Shown here: in pieces, positions 17,198 through 25,974 of the stretch | How the letters are laid out: every line of letters starts with the position of its first letter | Position numbering within the stretch: position 1 is the first letter of the stretch | Source of the DNA: Pyrobaculum sp. | GTDB taxonomy: Archaea > Thermoproteota > Thermoprotei > Thermoproteales > Thermoproteaceae | Length of the DNA stretch: 32,647 nucleotides | Direction of reading: 5' to 3' | Assembly (NCBI GenBank): GCA_046293555.1 | Contig: JBKBOT010000008.1 | Location: 24,750-57,396 of the forward strand | Program-made: the position numbers and the translations under genes | Notes under the pieces: model-generated | Databases searched by the model: none | What the model was told of the DNA's origin: nothing | What the model saw: the letters and a program-made list of their open reading frames with translations, nothing else

Positions 17198-18192
17198 GGT
17201 GTAGTAGGGAGATTTTTGAAAAAATTCAAGACTCCACAAACCCACAGTGGGGGAAGCCGCCCAGCGGGAGGACTGTGGAGGAGAGCGTCAGATATGGTCT
17301 CGTCATTGTGGACAAGCCCCGGGGGCCTAGCAGCCACGAGGTGGCGGCTTGGGTGAAGAAAATTCTGGGGGTAGACAGGGCGGGGCATGCCGGCACTTTA
17401 GACCCAAAGGTGTCGGGAGTGTTGCCAATTGCGGTGGGAGAGGGCACAAAAGTTCTTTCCGCCCTGTCTAAATCCGACAAGGTGTATATAGCTGTGGCTA
17501 AATTCCACGGCGATGTGGAGGCAGAGAGGGTTAGGGCTGTGTTAAACGAGCTCGTGGGGGCTATCTACCAAAAGCCGCCGCTCCGCTCTGCGGTAAAGAG
17601 ACAGCTGAGAATACGCCATGTTTACTCCCTAGAGCTTTTAGAGATGGAGGGGCGCTATGCGGTAGTCAAGATGCACGTAGAGGCGGGGACATACGCCAGG
17701 AAGATCATTCACGACATTGGCGAGATACTAGGGGTGGGGGCCAACATGAGGGAGCTACGTCGCGTCTCTGTTTCCTGTTTTACAGAAAGAGAGGCGGTGA
17801 CGCTACAAGATCTCGCAGACGCCTACCTCCTCTGGAGGAGATATGGAGACGACACCTACCTCAAAAGAGTGTTGCTACCCATAGAGGAGATTGCGAGACA
17901 TCTGCCAAAAATCTGGGTGAGAGACAGCGCGGTGGACGCCCTATGCAACGGCGCCCCCCTGGCGGCCCCCGGCGTGGCGAGGTTTGAGTACCCCCTCTCC
18001 AGGGGGGATACTGTTGCGTTTTTTACGCTAAAGGGGGAGCTCATCGGGTTGGGGAAGGCGCTGGCGGGTTGGGAAGAGGTGAAGAAAATGGAGAGAGGCC
18101 TCGTGGCGCGGGTAGATAGGGTGGTAATGCCGAGGGGCACCTACCCCCCCATGTGGAGACATAAGAGAGGCGGGGCGGCGGCAAAAGTTTAA
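17194..18192 (+). CDS. cbf5: H/ACA RNA-guided pseudouridine synthase Cbf5
   Basis: [43 protein letters not shown] and a PUA domain. Confidence 0.95.
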   Translation: MRCSREIFEKIQDSTNPQWGKPPSGRTVEESVRYGLVIVDKPRGPSSHEVAAWVKKILGVDRAGHAGTLDPKVSGVLPIAVGEGTKVLSALSKSDKVYIAVAKFHGDVEAERVRAVLNELVGAIYQKPPLRSAVKRQLRIRHVYSLELLEMEGRYAVVKMHVEAGTYARKIIHDIGEILGVGANMRELRRVSVSCFTEREAVTLQDLADAYLLWRRYGDDTYLKRVLLPIEEIARHLPKIWVRDSAVDALCNGAPLAAPGVARFEYPLSRGDTVAFFTLKGELIGLGKALAGWEEVKKMERGLVARVDRVVMPRGTYPPMWRHKRGGAAAKV

Positions 18193-18205
18193 AAGTGGGG
18201 TTTTA

Positions 18206-18508
18206 GTGTTGGGCGTGGGGCAACGTTCTCCAATTCGGCGTCTTGTGATAGATGCGGCTATACCCACCAAGGGGGTGACGATTGTAGATGTGGCTAGAGA
18301 AATCCACAAGGCCGCCGGCGTCAAGGCGGTGAGAGTAACTGTAGACGACGTGGATGTAGACGTCCTTGGCTTGGCCATAGTTGTGGAGGGCGAGGATATA
18401 GACTATGAGGAGATCGAAAAGGCGTTGGAGAAGGTGGGCGGCGTCGTTCACTCAATAGACGAGGTGGTGGTGGGGGAGTACACGCCGGAGGCCGGGGAGA
18501 CTACGTGA
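18206..18508 (+). CDS. DUF211 family protein
   Basis: IRRLVIDA..P, IVVEGEDIDYEEI...E..GGVVHSIDEVVVG. Confidence 0.8.
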   Translation: MLGVGQRSPIRRLVIDAAIPTKGVTIVDVAREIHKAAGVKAVRVTVDDVDVDVLGLAIVVEGEDIDYEEIEKALEKVGGVVHSIDEVVVGEYTPEAGETT

Positions 18509-19002
18509 GGTATCTCGTCTTGGGCGCGGTAGACGGCTTAATCACCGCTGGGACGATCTCCGCGGCGTTGCTTTTCAGAGGGGGGAGGCTAGACCCCAGC
18601 CTCGCCCTATCGCTGGCGGTTGTGGTGGCCACCATAAACGCCCTCACGGTATTTGTGTCGGAGTTTTCACACCAGATACGTGAGGTTAGAGAGGTGTCAT
18701 ACAAGCTGTCGTTAAGAGACGCCACGTTTAGGTGGACCTTGTTGCACACCCGGGCGGTTTACGCCTCTATGAAATCCGCCTTGCTTAACTTCGCCGCCTC
18801 GCTGTTGGGAGCCTCGTCGATATTGGCCGCGGCTGTTTTTTCCCCCATGGCCATAATCCCGGCCGCAGCTTTGGTGATCCTCTCTGCGGGTTTTCTCATA
18901 GCTAGGGAGTCCTGGGTGGAGTTCATAGAGCTGGTGGCCATGGTGTCGCTTGCAGTTATGGTGGGGCTTTTGGTAGGCCTGGCCTTCCCCATAATTGCTT
19001 AA
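18505..19002 (+). CDS. VIT1/CCC1-like membrane protein (short form)
   Basis: RYLVLGAVDGLITA N-terminal motif; hydrophobic; coupled to DUF211. Confidence 0.65.
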   Translation: MRYLVLGAVDGLITAGTISAALLFRGGRLDPSLALSLAVVVATINALTVFVSEFSHQIREVREVSYKLSLRDATFRWTLLHTRAVYASMKSALLNFAASLLGASSILAAAVFSPMAIIPAAALVILSAGFLIARESWVEFIELVAMVSLAVMVGLLVGLAFPIIA

Positions 19003-19022
19003 ATATATGGCGAGGTAGACAC

Positions 19023-19481
19023 GTGGCCACACTTCCAGTAGAGTACCTAAGAGCCACCAGGATGTTTAGAGAGAGGATAGGCGACGTGGAGGTCATCTCG
19101 TTTGAGGTGCCGACCCACAAGTACTTCTCTAGAAACGAGATCCCATATCTAGCCACGGCACTTGACGTAGATTTGAGAAAGTTGGAAAACATGATTTCCG
19201 ACATGAAATACGGGAGGGTTGTGGTGGAGAAGCTGTGGGCGTACAGGCTGGATGCGGACATGATTCGTGAAAACAAAAAGATCTTGCTCCCAGATCTGGT
19301 AAGCAACTCTGTCGACGGCGAGATGGAGGAACATGAGGACTACAGGCTGCTAAAAATAGACATAGCCTCCCTAAGGGAGTACATAAGGATTTTTGTCAAG
19401 CCCCAGCAGGGGTATAGAGAAGTCGTTATATACAGAAAGCCCCCCCTCCCGGCGTTGGTGAGATACGTGGCTTATGTATAA
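19023..19481 (+). CDS. Hypothetical protein
   Basis: 152-aa ORF, GAGGT upstream, overlaps the next gene; no motif recognised. Confidence 0.75.
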   Translation: MATLPVEYLRATRMFRERIGDVEVISFEVPTHKYFSRNEIPYLATALDVDLRKLENMISDMKYGRVVVEKLWAYRLDADMIRENKKILLPDLVSNSVDGEMEEHEDYRLLKIDIASLREYIRIFVKPQQGYREVVIYRKPPLPALVRYVAYV

Positions 19482-20409
19482 AGTGGCGGTTGTGGGGATC
19501 GGGGGGTGGGGCAAAAACCACCTCAGGGTGGCGGCGCAGCTGGCGGGCGAGGGTTTGGTAGAGGTGATATATGCCGTAGATATAGACGAAGAGAGGCTTA
19601 GATGGGCGGAGAGGACCTACAGGGCGGTCGCAGTCAGGGGGGTGGAGAGAGCTGGGGCTCTCGACGTGGATGCCGCAGTGGTGGCAACACCCACGGCGCT
19701 TCATTTAAGCCACGCCGCTGTTTTCCTCTCTAGGGGCATACCGACGCTAGTGGAGAAGCCTTTTACAGCCACGCTGGAGGAGACATATCGGCTGCTAGAC
19801 GTGGCGGGGAGGACTCTGGTCACCACGGGCTACCTCCTGAGGTTTCACCCAGGCGTGAGATACATCAAAAGCCGCCTGGCGCACCTAGGCCGTTTTCTCA
19901 ATGCTTACGGCAAGAGGACCTCACGGAGGCCTCAAAGACCTGGCGACGTGGGTGTGGTAAAAGACTTGGCGATACACGACATAGATCTTGTCGCATATAT
20001 CACCGGCGAGAGGGCCTCTCTTGTGTACGCACGGGGCGGCTCCGCCGCCGGGGGGCATGAAGATCACGCCCAGATATTTACACAACACGACGGGGGCTCC
20101 GCCATCTATGAGGCCAATTGGCTCACGCCGTATAAATTCAGAAAACTGGAGCTGACGGGAGACAGGGCTATATTTGCCGTAGATTTCGTCGCTGAGGAGG
20201 TATATCTCTACGGCGAAGACGGCATATATAGGCCGAGGTTAGAGCCGGCAGAGCCCCTATTGCAACAAGACAGGGAGTTTCTAAAGGCGGCATTAGGGAT
20301 GGGGGGAGAGGTGGTGCCAAGAGAAGACGTAATCTACACGATGAAGATATGTGAAGCTGCCGTCGCCTCCATAAGGACAAAAAGGCCTATCCACATAGAC
20401 GAGGTATAA
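19474..20409 (+). CDS. Gfo/Idh/MocA family NAD(P)-dependent oxidoreductase
   Basis: VAVVGIGGWGKNH, ATPTALH, LVEKP, RFHP and DLAIHDID. Confidence 0.9.
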   Translation: MYKVAVVGIGGWGKNHLRVAAQLAGEGLVEVIYAVDIDEERLRWAERTYRAVAVRGVERAGALDVDAAVVATPTALHLSHAAVFLSRGIPTLVEKPFTATLEETYRLLDVAGRTLVTTGYLLRFHPGVRYIKSRLAHLGRFLNAYGKRTSRRPQRPGDVGVVKDLAIHDIDLVAYITGERASLVYARGGSAAGGHEDHAQIFTQHDGGSAIYEANWLTPYKFRKLELTGDRAIFAVDFVAEEVYLYGEDGIYRPRLEPAEPLLQQDREFLKAALGMGGEVVPREDVIYTMKICEAAVASIRTKRPIHIDEV

Positions 20410-20478
20410 CGCAGCCGCGGAAGTATACGGAGATATATATTACACGCAGCCCTTTTTAAAAGTAGGACTAGTTCCCAC

Positions 20479-21015
20479 ATGACACGTGGAGAGGCGCTTG
20501 AAATACACGAAATAGAGAAGATTGGAATGGGGGTAGAGCTCAACATGGCGGCGTCGCGGATGGCAAACGGCGGTAATGTCTACATCGTGGGGCCTCCCGG
20601 CAGCGGCAAGACGGCCTTCCTCCGAAGGTTAGGTCTCCACCTGTGGAGAGCCGGCGCGGAGCCTCTCTACATAAAGCTAGAGTGGGTAAAATACGGCTGG
20701 GGTCTTGTGGACTATGTGAAGAAATATGGCGAAAAAAGCCGGGAGCTTATAGGATCTGCCGGCAGCAGCCCCGTCCTACTTGACGACGGGGAGTTCTTGT
20801 GGAGTTACGGCAAGGCCTATAGAAACCTAATAGAAGACCTAAGGGGGAAGCCCGTGGCCGCCGCCTTTAGGGAGGTAGACCTAGAGGCGCTACGGGGGCT
20901 ACTTGGAGAAGGCCTGGTGTTGTACCTACAACGCCAGGGTGCCGGCCCCCCCGTGTTGAAAATACCGCTGGGGCTAAACTTCCTGGGCCAATCTACAGAA
21001 GTGGTAGTGATATAA
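20479..21015 (+). CDS. Small P-loop ATPase
   Basis: Walker A GPPGSGKT, Walker B VLLDDGE; TTTTTAAAA at 20453-20461. Confidence 0.75.
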   Translation: MTRGEALEIHEIEKIGMGVELNMAASRMANGGNVYIVGPPGSGKTAFLRRLGLHLWRAGAEPLYIKLEWVKYGWGLVDYVKKYGEKSRELIGSAGSSPVLLDDGEFLWSYGKAYRNLIEDLRGKPVAAAFREVDLEALRGLLGEGLVLYLQRQGAGPPVLKIPLGLNFLGQSTEVVVI

Positions 21016-21568
21016 AGGCCAGGAGGTTATTTATGCTGTGTAACGCCACTGCCGCCAAATACCCCCCTTTCCTAAAGGCGTAAGTCAACACAAGGCCGTA
21101 GGCAAAATATATGGGGAGGAGGGGGAAATAGCCGTGAAGTACGGCAAAAGCTAGGGAGTTCCCCACGTACCCCACCCGGGGCCCCACCCTTTTTTCCAGC
21201 TCCGTGTATAAAATCACGCGGAAGACTACCTCTTCCACCAGTGGGGCTAAGACCACCGCGCCGATAAAGAAGTAGGTCTTCCACTGTGGACACCGTGAAG
21301 ACAGCTCTATAACCCCCCTCAGTAGGTCTTCCAACAGGGGTGGCAACACGAGCTCCACCGCCCATAGCGCAGCCATGAGGAGAAAAGCCACTGCAAAAGG
21401 CCGCACGGCGAAGGCTAGGTGCGGCCTGGCGTAATATACCAACGGCGTCAAGACGAGATATGCCGTCACTAGAGAGGCGGGGAACCCGCAGGTGGGGTTT
21501 AACACCATGGTGAAACCCATCGCTATGACCGCAATCGGGATGGAGATCGCGAGGGCCACTAGCCGCAT
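20993..21568 (-). CDS. CPBP (Abi/CAAX) intramembrane metalloprotease
   Basis: APLVEEVVFR, FAVLH and HSINN. Confidence 0.88.
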   Translation of the reverse strand: MRLVALAISIPIAVIAMGFTMVLNPTCGFPASLVTAYLVLTPLVYYARPHLAFAVRPFAVAFLLMAALWAVELVLPPLLEDLLRGVIELSSRCPQWKTYFFIGAVVLAPLVEEVVFRVILYTELEKRVGPRVGYVGNSLAFAVLHGYFPLLPIYFAYGLVLTYAFRKGGYLAAVALHSINNLLAFISLPLL

Positions 21569-21592
21569 TTATTTATAGACCCCCCTATATAT

Positions 21593-22057
21593 ATGGAGAT
21601 CGTGGCGGCTGCCACCGCCATAGGGAGGCGGAGGTTTTTCATAGATCTCACCCACTGGCCTCTAGTAGAGAGACGCCACAAGCCCTTCTTGGTGAACTCC
21701 GGCTGGCCTCCAGGCCTGTCGAGAGGGGCGGTGGACATCTCTAGCCACATGAAGGAGGTGGAGGAGATCTATAGAGAGGTGTTGACATCTATGGGCGAGG
21801 CCTATCGGGAGGTAGCCAGCTCCATGTGGAAGACGTGGGCACTCCGGCTGTTCCTCCCGGCGAGGGTGGAGCCGGTCCAGTTGAGAGACTGGGAGGTGAA
21901 AACCCACGTGGAGAACGTAATAGGGAGGAAGTTCGCCGGGTGGGGCGACGTATATGTGGGCAAGACGGAGCTGGAGTTTAAGGGGCGGGCGGCCTATGTG
22001 GGGGGGAGGCCCTCGGTGGGTCACACCTATCTCTACCTCCTGGGGGCCTTTAGGTGA
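21593..22057 (+). CDS. Hypothetical protein
   Basis: 154-aa ORF divergent from the CPBP gene with TTTATA about 20-25 nt upstream. Confidence 0.7.
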   Translation: MEIVAAATAIGRRRFFIDLTHWPLVERRHKPFLVNSGWPPGLSRGAVDISSHMKEVEEIYREVLTSMGEAYREVASSMWKTWALRLFLPARVEPVQLRDWEVKTHVENVIGRKFAGWGDVYVGKTELEFKGRAAYVGGRPSVGHTYLYLLGAFR

Positions 22058-22815
22058 GCTACCAGCTCCATTAGCCTCCTGGCTGCAGACTCCACAAGCC
22101 TCTCTGCCTCCTCTCTATCCTCAGAGCTGGCGTATATATGGATATGTAACAACGGCGCCCCCACCTCCAGCCCCCTGGGGTGACTTTTTACATACAGCCT
22201 AGGCCCCATCCTCATGACCTCACGTATAATAGGCGCGATGTCTGCCTCCGGCACGTCCCGCACCTCCACCTCCCTCTCCACAAAATACATGGGGGGCCCT
22301 CTGGACTTTAGGAAGGGCTCCACATGGTTTTCAAAAATGGCCTCCATCTCTCTGGGCACTCCGGGCAGGAGTATTGCCAACCTGTCGCCACGTTGGTACA
22401 AAACCCCCGGCGCCGTCCCCACGGGGTTTGGCAGCGGCCGCGCGCCAGGGGGCATCATGGCCATCTTCACCCTCTCGGCAGTCATCTGGCGTCCAGCGGC
22501 CTCGTATTTTTCTCTCACCATCCTATAGGCCTCCTCGTCCACCGCCGCCTCAACCCCCACGGCCTTGCAGAAAGCCAGGTTAGTTATGTCGTCAGGAGTG
22601 GGGCCCAGGCCGCCTGTGGAGATAGTCACATCTGCCCTAGCCATAGCCTCCCTAAAGGCCTCCACGACCTCCCCCTCCTCATCCGGCACGACGACAATAC
22701 GCCTAACTGCGTAGCCCAGGTAGGTCAGCTTTTTTGCCAGCCACGCCGCGTTGGTGTTAACCACCCTGCCTATGAGGAGCTCGTTGCCTATAGTTAATAT
22801 CCATGCCGTGGGCAT
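22033..22815 (-). CDS. CinA-like (MocF/COG1058) protein without a PncC domain
   Basis: IGNELLIGRVVNTNA, TGGLGPTPDDIT, NPVGTAPG and LPGVPREM. Confidence 0.9.
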   Translation of the reverse strand: MPTAWILTIGNELLIGRVVNTNAAWLAKKLTYLGYAVRRIVVVPDEEGEVVEAFREAMARADVTISTGGLGPTPDDITNLAFCKAVGVEAAVDEEAYRMVREKYEAAGRQMTAERVKMAMMPPGARPLPNPVGTAPGVLYQRGDRLAILLPGVPREMEAIFENHVEPFLKSRGPPMYFVEREVEVRDVPEADIAPIIREVMRMGPRLYVKSHPRGLEVGAPLLHIHIYASSEDREEAERLVESAARRLMELVAHLKAPRR

Positions 22816-22819
22816 GATC

Positions 22820-23674
22820 CTACTGCCTCACGTTTTTAATTTCTTCTCTCACCACTAGAGAGAGGCCCGCCAACGTGGCGAATATGCCTAAAGCCAACAT
22901 GGGGACCTCCACCCCGGCGACCTCCACGGCCCCTACCGGCAGCTCGCCGAGTATCGGCACGGCCAATAGGGTGGCGCCAATAGGCTCCCCCAGGGTGCTC
23001 GCCGCAATTGTGACGGCGCGGTATCTCCCCAGTAGGTAGTTAAAAACCGTGTGGCCTAACATCATGGGTATAGAGGCCACCAGTAGAAACATGACGTAGG
23101 TATAGACGTCGTAGTGAAACATGTTGACACCTGCGGCGAGACCCACGGCGAGAGCCACCATTGCCGCCACGCCGTAGGCCACGGCGGCGTAGCTAAACGT
23201 GCCTACAGATGCCCTCACCACGCGGCCTAGCGCCAGATATCCGGCAAAAGAGGCGGCGCCGGCTAGAGCCAGGAGGTTACCCACAAGCCCCCCCGGGGAG
23301 AAGGTGATGGCCACACTCCCCGCCGTTGCCGTCAGGACTCCAGCCGCCGTATTTCTATTTATACGCTCGCCGATGGCTCTGGAGAGAAACAACATGAGGA
23401 CTGGATGTATGTTCACCAGGGTGGTGCTGGCAGCCACCGTGGTCAGAAAGAGGGAGGGAATCCAGCTGAGGAAATGTGCTGCCAGCAACACGCCGGAGGC
23501 CATAGAGAGGTATAAAGCCCTCCCTCTCGGCAGCCCCCCGGCGCCGGCGAGAACTATGGCGGTGGCTATGGCTAGACGCCAGAAGACAATAGCCAGCGGG
23601 TCTGCCGGCGTGAGTCTAATCAAGATGGAGGCGCTGGAGATAGCCAACACCCCCACGAGGACTAGCCAAAACAC
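22820..23674 (-). CDS. EamA/DMT family transporter
   Basis: About 10 TM segments; AISSASILIR, FWRL, GHTVFNY and EPIGA. Confidence 0.9.
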   Translation of the reverse strand: MFWLVLVGVLAISSASILIRLTPADPLAIVFWRLAIATAIVLAGAGGLPRGRALYLSMASGVLLAAHFLSWIPSLFLTTVAASTTLVNIHPVLMLFLSRAIGERINRNTAAGVLTATAGSVAITFSPGGLVGNLLALAGAASFAGYLALGRVVRASVGTFSYAAVAYGVAAMVALAVGLAAGVNMFHYDVYTYVMFLLVASIPMMLGHTVFNYLLGRYRAVTIAASTLGEPIGATLLAVPILGELPVGAVEVAGVEVPMLALGIFATLAGLSLVVREEIKNVRQ

Positions 23675-23712
23675 GTCTCACAAGACTTTTATATATATCC
23701 ACATGTCTTTTT

Positions 23713-24120
23713 GTGAGGTTTCCAGACGTCGAGCTTCAATCACATGACGGCCGTTGGATATCGCCGGCGAGGTTCCCCAAGGCCGTTGTATACTTCTTCC
23801 CAAAGGCCTTCACCCAGGGCTGCACAAAAGAGGCCGTGAGGTTTAGCCAGCTGTATCCCCAGTTTAGAGAAAGGGGGTATGAGGTCTTTGGCGTCTCTAC
23901 AGACGGCGTGGAGACATTAAGAAAATTCGCCGGGAGGTACGGCGTGGCCTTTATCCTCCTTAGCGACCGCGGCGGCCGCCTCTCAGCGCAGTTGGGCATA
24001 CTTAGGCCCACCGGCACCGCGGAGAGGGTGACGTATATTCTAAACAACGGCGAGGTTCTCCACATGTTGAAAAACCTCGCCGCGGAGCAACACGCCGAGA
24101 GGGCCCTGGCTTTGGTATGA
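23713..24120 (+). CDS. bcp: Peroxiredoxin, Bcp/PrxQ type (1-Cys)
   Basis: YFFPKAFTQGCTKEA (PxxxTxxC), GVSTD, LLSD and ERVTY; a single Cys. Confidence 0.9.
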   Translation: MRFPDVELQSHDGRWISPARFPKAVVYFFPKAFTQGCTKEAVRFSQLYPQFRERGYEVFGVSTDGVETLRKFAGRYGVAFILLSDRGGRLSAQLGILRPTGTAERVTYILNNGEVLHMLKNLAAEQHAERALALV

Positions 24121-24350
24121 AGAGCTACGAGGTGAGGGGCCCCTGCCCGGAGCTCTCCATGGTGTTAATCAGGGCTGCGGCTGAGTTAAAAGAGGGCGAG
24201 GAGGCCAAGATAGTGAGCACGTGGAGGTATATACTTAACGACGTAAAAAACTCCGCGGGGCTCCTGGGGCTTGAGGTGGTAGACGCCAGAGACCTGGGCC
24301 AGGTGGTGGAGGTGGTGGTCAGAAAGTTAGCACCAAGTCGGCGTCTTTAG
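24117..24350 (+). CDS. TusA/SirA-like sulfur-carrier family protein
   Basis: 77 aa; EVRGPCPE resembles D.RG..CP.P; LKEGE segment; ATGA-coupled to bcp. Confidence 0.6.
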   Translation: MKSYEVRGPCPELSMVLIRAAAELKEGEEAKIVSTWRYILNDVKNSAGLLGLEVVDARDLGQVVEVVVRKLAPSRRL

Positions 24351-24708
24351 CCAGCGCGAGAAATGTAAGCGACCCGGCGATCTCGACCCCCTCCAGAGGG
24401 TCCAGCCCCAACATCTTTGCCACTGGCTCGTCTACATATACTTTCACCCCGGTGGCTAGACACTGTCTGGCCAGCTCCTCCAGCCCCCTGGCCCCCACCC
24501 TTCTTAACTTCCACTTGACGAAAAGAGAGGCCAGCGGGGGGAGCCCCAGGAGTCTTGTCTTAGGCTTTTTGCTAAATATGTAGGCCCCCAGCCCCGTGGC
24601 GAATAGATATACCTCATAGCCAAGAGATCTGGCCGAGAGGGCTACCACCACCGCGTGATACGCCCTGGCGAGATCGTTATCAGACAACATGACGACGGCT
24701 TTAGGCAT
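24319..24708 (-). CDS. DsrE/DsrF-like family protein
   Basis: A.SLGYEVYLFATGLG, GVKVY, G..TFL..A..ADLVLTF. Confidence 0.75.
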   Translation of the reverse strand: MPKAVVMLSDNDLARAYHAVVVALSARSLGYEVYLFATGLGAYIFSKKPKTRLLGLPPLASLFVKWKLRRVGARGLEELARQCLATGVKVYVDEPVAKMLGLDPLEGVEIAGSLTFLALAKDADLVLTF

Positions 24709-24734
24709 ATATACACCTTATTACTAGTTAAAAT

Positions 24735-24789
24735 AGGTGACGAGCCAATGCAGGCGGCGAGTTGTGACCGGTGACCTGCCGGCTGACCT
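24735..24789 (+). ncRNA. C/D box methylation-guide sRNA
   Basis: C box GTGACGA 24737-24743, D'-like GCGA 24757-24760, C'-like TGTGA, D box CTGA 24783-24786, AGG/CCT termini. Fills the intergenic gap; TATATA at 24708-24713. Confidence 0.7.
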
Positions 24790-25433
24790 CACTGCCTATA
24801 CGACGGACACCTCTGGCCGATGGGACAAATCCCACACCTGGGGCCTCTCGCCCTACACACCTCCCTGCCGAATTGGATAAGTTTGAGGTGAAGCTCTAGA
24901 TACCTCTCCGGGGGGATCCTCTCCATAAACCACCTGCCCACCTCCTCATATCTGCCCCCCACCCCCCACCTCCTTGCAATCCTGGCGATATGTGTGTCCA
25001 CCGGAAAGGCCGGCAGGCCGACATTGGCCAATATCACGTCTACGGTCTTTTTCCCCACCCCCGGCACAGATAGGAGCAACGCCCTGGCTCTCTCTACCCC
25101 CATCTCTATGAGTCGACTTGGCGTAAGCTCGCCCCTTTGGAAAAAACGGGCCGCGGCCTTTATGTATCTAGCCCGCGTGTTGTACATACCTGCCGGCTTT
25201 ATCAACTCCGCCAGCTCTCCCTCTGCGAGAGACAACACGGCTTCAGGAGTTATGCGGCCAAGCCGCTCTTTCAGGTTTCTAAACGCCCTAATGGCGTTTC
25301 TATCAGACGTGTTTTGACTCAAGACCACGGCCACAGTTAGCTCAAAGAGGTCCCCCCTCGCCAGGGGGGCAACAAATTGGCTTAAGTCTAGCCTAACCCA
25401 TCTATCCACGGCGTCAATAAACGTTGTAGACAT
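24789..25433 (-). CDS. nth: Endonuclease III (HhH-GPD DNA glycosylase, 4Fe-4S)
   Basis: LSQNTSD, VPGVGKKT, FPVDTHI.R and C-x6-C-x2-C-x5-C. Confidence 0.93.
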   Translation of the reverse strand: MSTTFIDAVDRWVRLDLSQFVAPLARGDLFELTVAVVLSQNTSDRNAIRAFRNLKERLGRITPEAVLSLAEGELAELIKPAGMYNTRARYIKAAARFFQRGELTPSRLIEMGVERARALLLSVPGVGKKTVDVILANVGLPAFPVDTHIARIARRWGVGGRYEEVGRWFMERIPPERYLELHLKLIQFGREVCRARGPRCGICPIGQRCPSYRQ

Positions 25434-25479
25434 AACGATTTTAACTCAAGTCTTTATAAAATGGCGGCGTTATTAAGCC

Positions 25480-25947
25480 GTGGAGAAGTTCTCCATACGT
25501 AAGTCCGACTTCGACAGGTTTGTAGAAAGGCTGGGGGCAGACCCCGGGGAGGTGGCAAGAGCGCTAAAGGCAGAGGCGGCGAGGGCGGGGTCTGGCTATA
25601 GATACATCATAGATATGGAGAACTTCTTCTTCTTCGTGCTGGAGGGCGTACTACAAAGACGGAGGAAAGTCACGGAGGAGGCTTTTGAGGACACTCTCGA
25701 CAGGGCTGTGGAGAGGGCCGCCGGGCTAAGCGGCTACGCCAGCCTGGCCGAAGTAAAGAGGGCCGTAATACACGAGCTAGGTATTTCAGAAGGGGAGTTT
25801 GTAGAGAGGCTAGCCGCCCTCCTTCAGAAGAAAAAAGGGCGTTATATATTACTAGAGGGAGGCGACGTAAAGATCCAAATAGGACAGAAGAAATTCGGCT
25901 ATATAAAGAAGATAGAGCCAAATAATATCAGTGGCATATCTCTTTAG
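25480..25947 (+). CDS. Hypothetical protein with probable C-terminal winged-helix domain
   Basis: GYASLAEVKRAV..LGISEGEFVERLAALL followed by a beta hairpin; TTTATAAA at 24-27 nt upstream. Confidence 0.7.
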   Translation: MEKFSIRKSDFDRFVERLGADPGEVARALKAEAARAGSGYRYIIDMENFFFFVLEGVLQRRRKVTEEAFEDTLDRAVERAAGLSGYASLAEVKRAVIHELGISEGEFVERLAALLQKKKGRYILLEGGDVKIQIGQKKFGYIKKIEPNNISGISL

Positions 25948-25974
25948 GTTAATTATAGGAGTGTCATAAATGAC

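Noticed and set aside
16692-17388. Minus-strand ORFs across the AT island and rpl14e
   Set aside because: Shadow ORFs of rpl14e/cbf5 and of the purine tract; no motifs.
17194-18192. Intron in cbf5, as occurs in several crenarchaea near the catalytic Asp
   Set aside because: The reading frame is continuous through [12 protein letters not shown] with no insertion.
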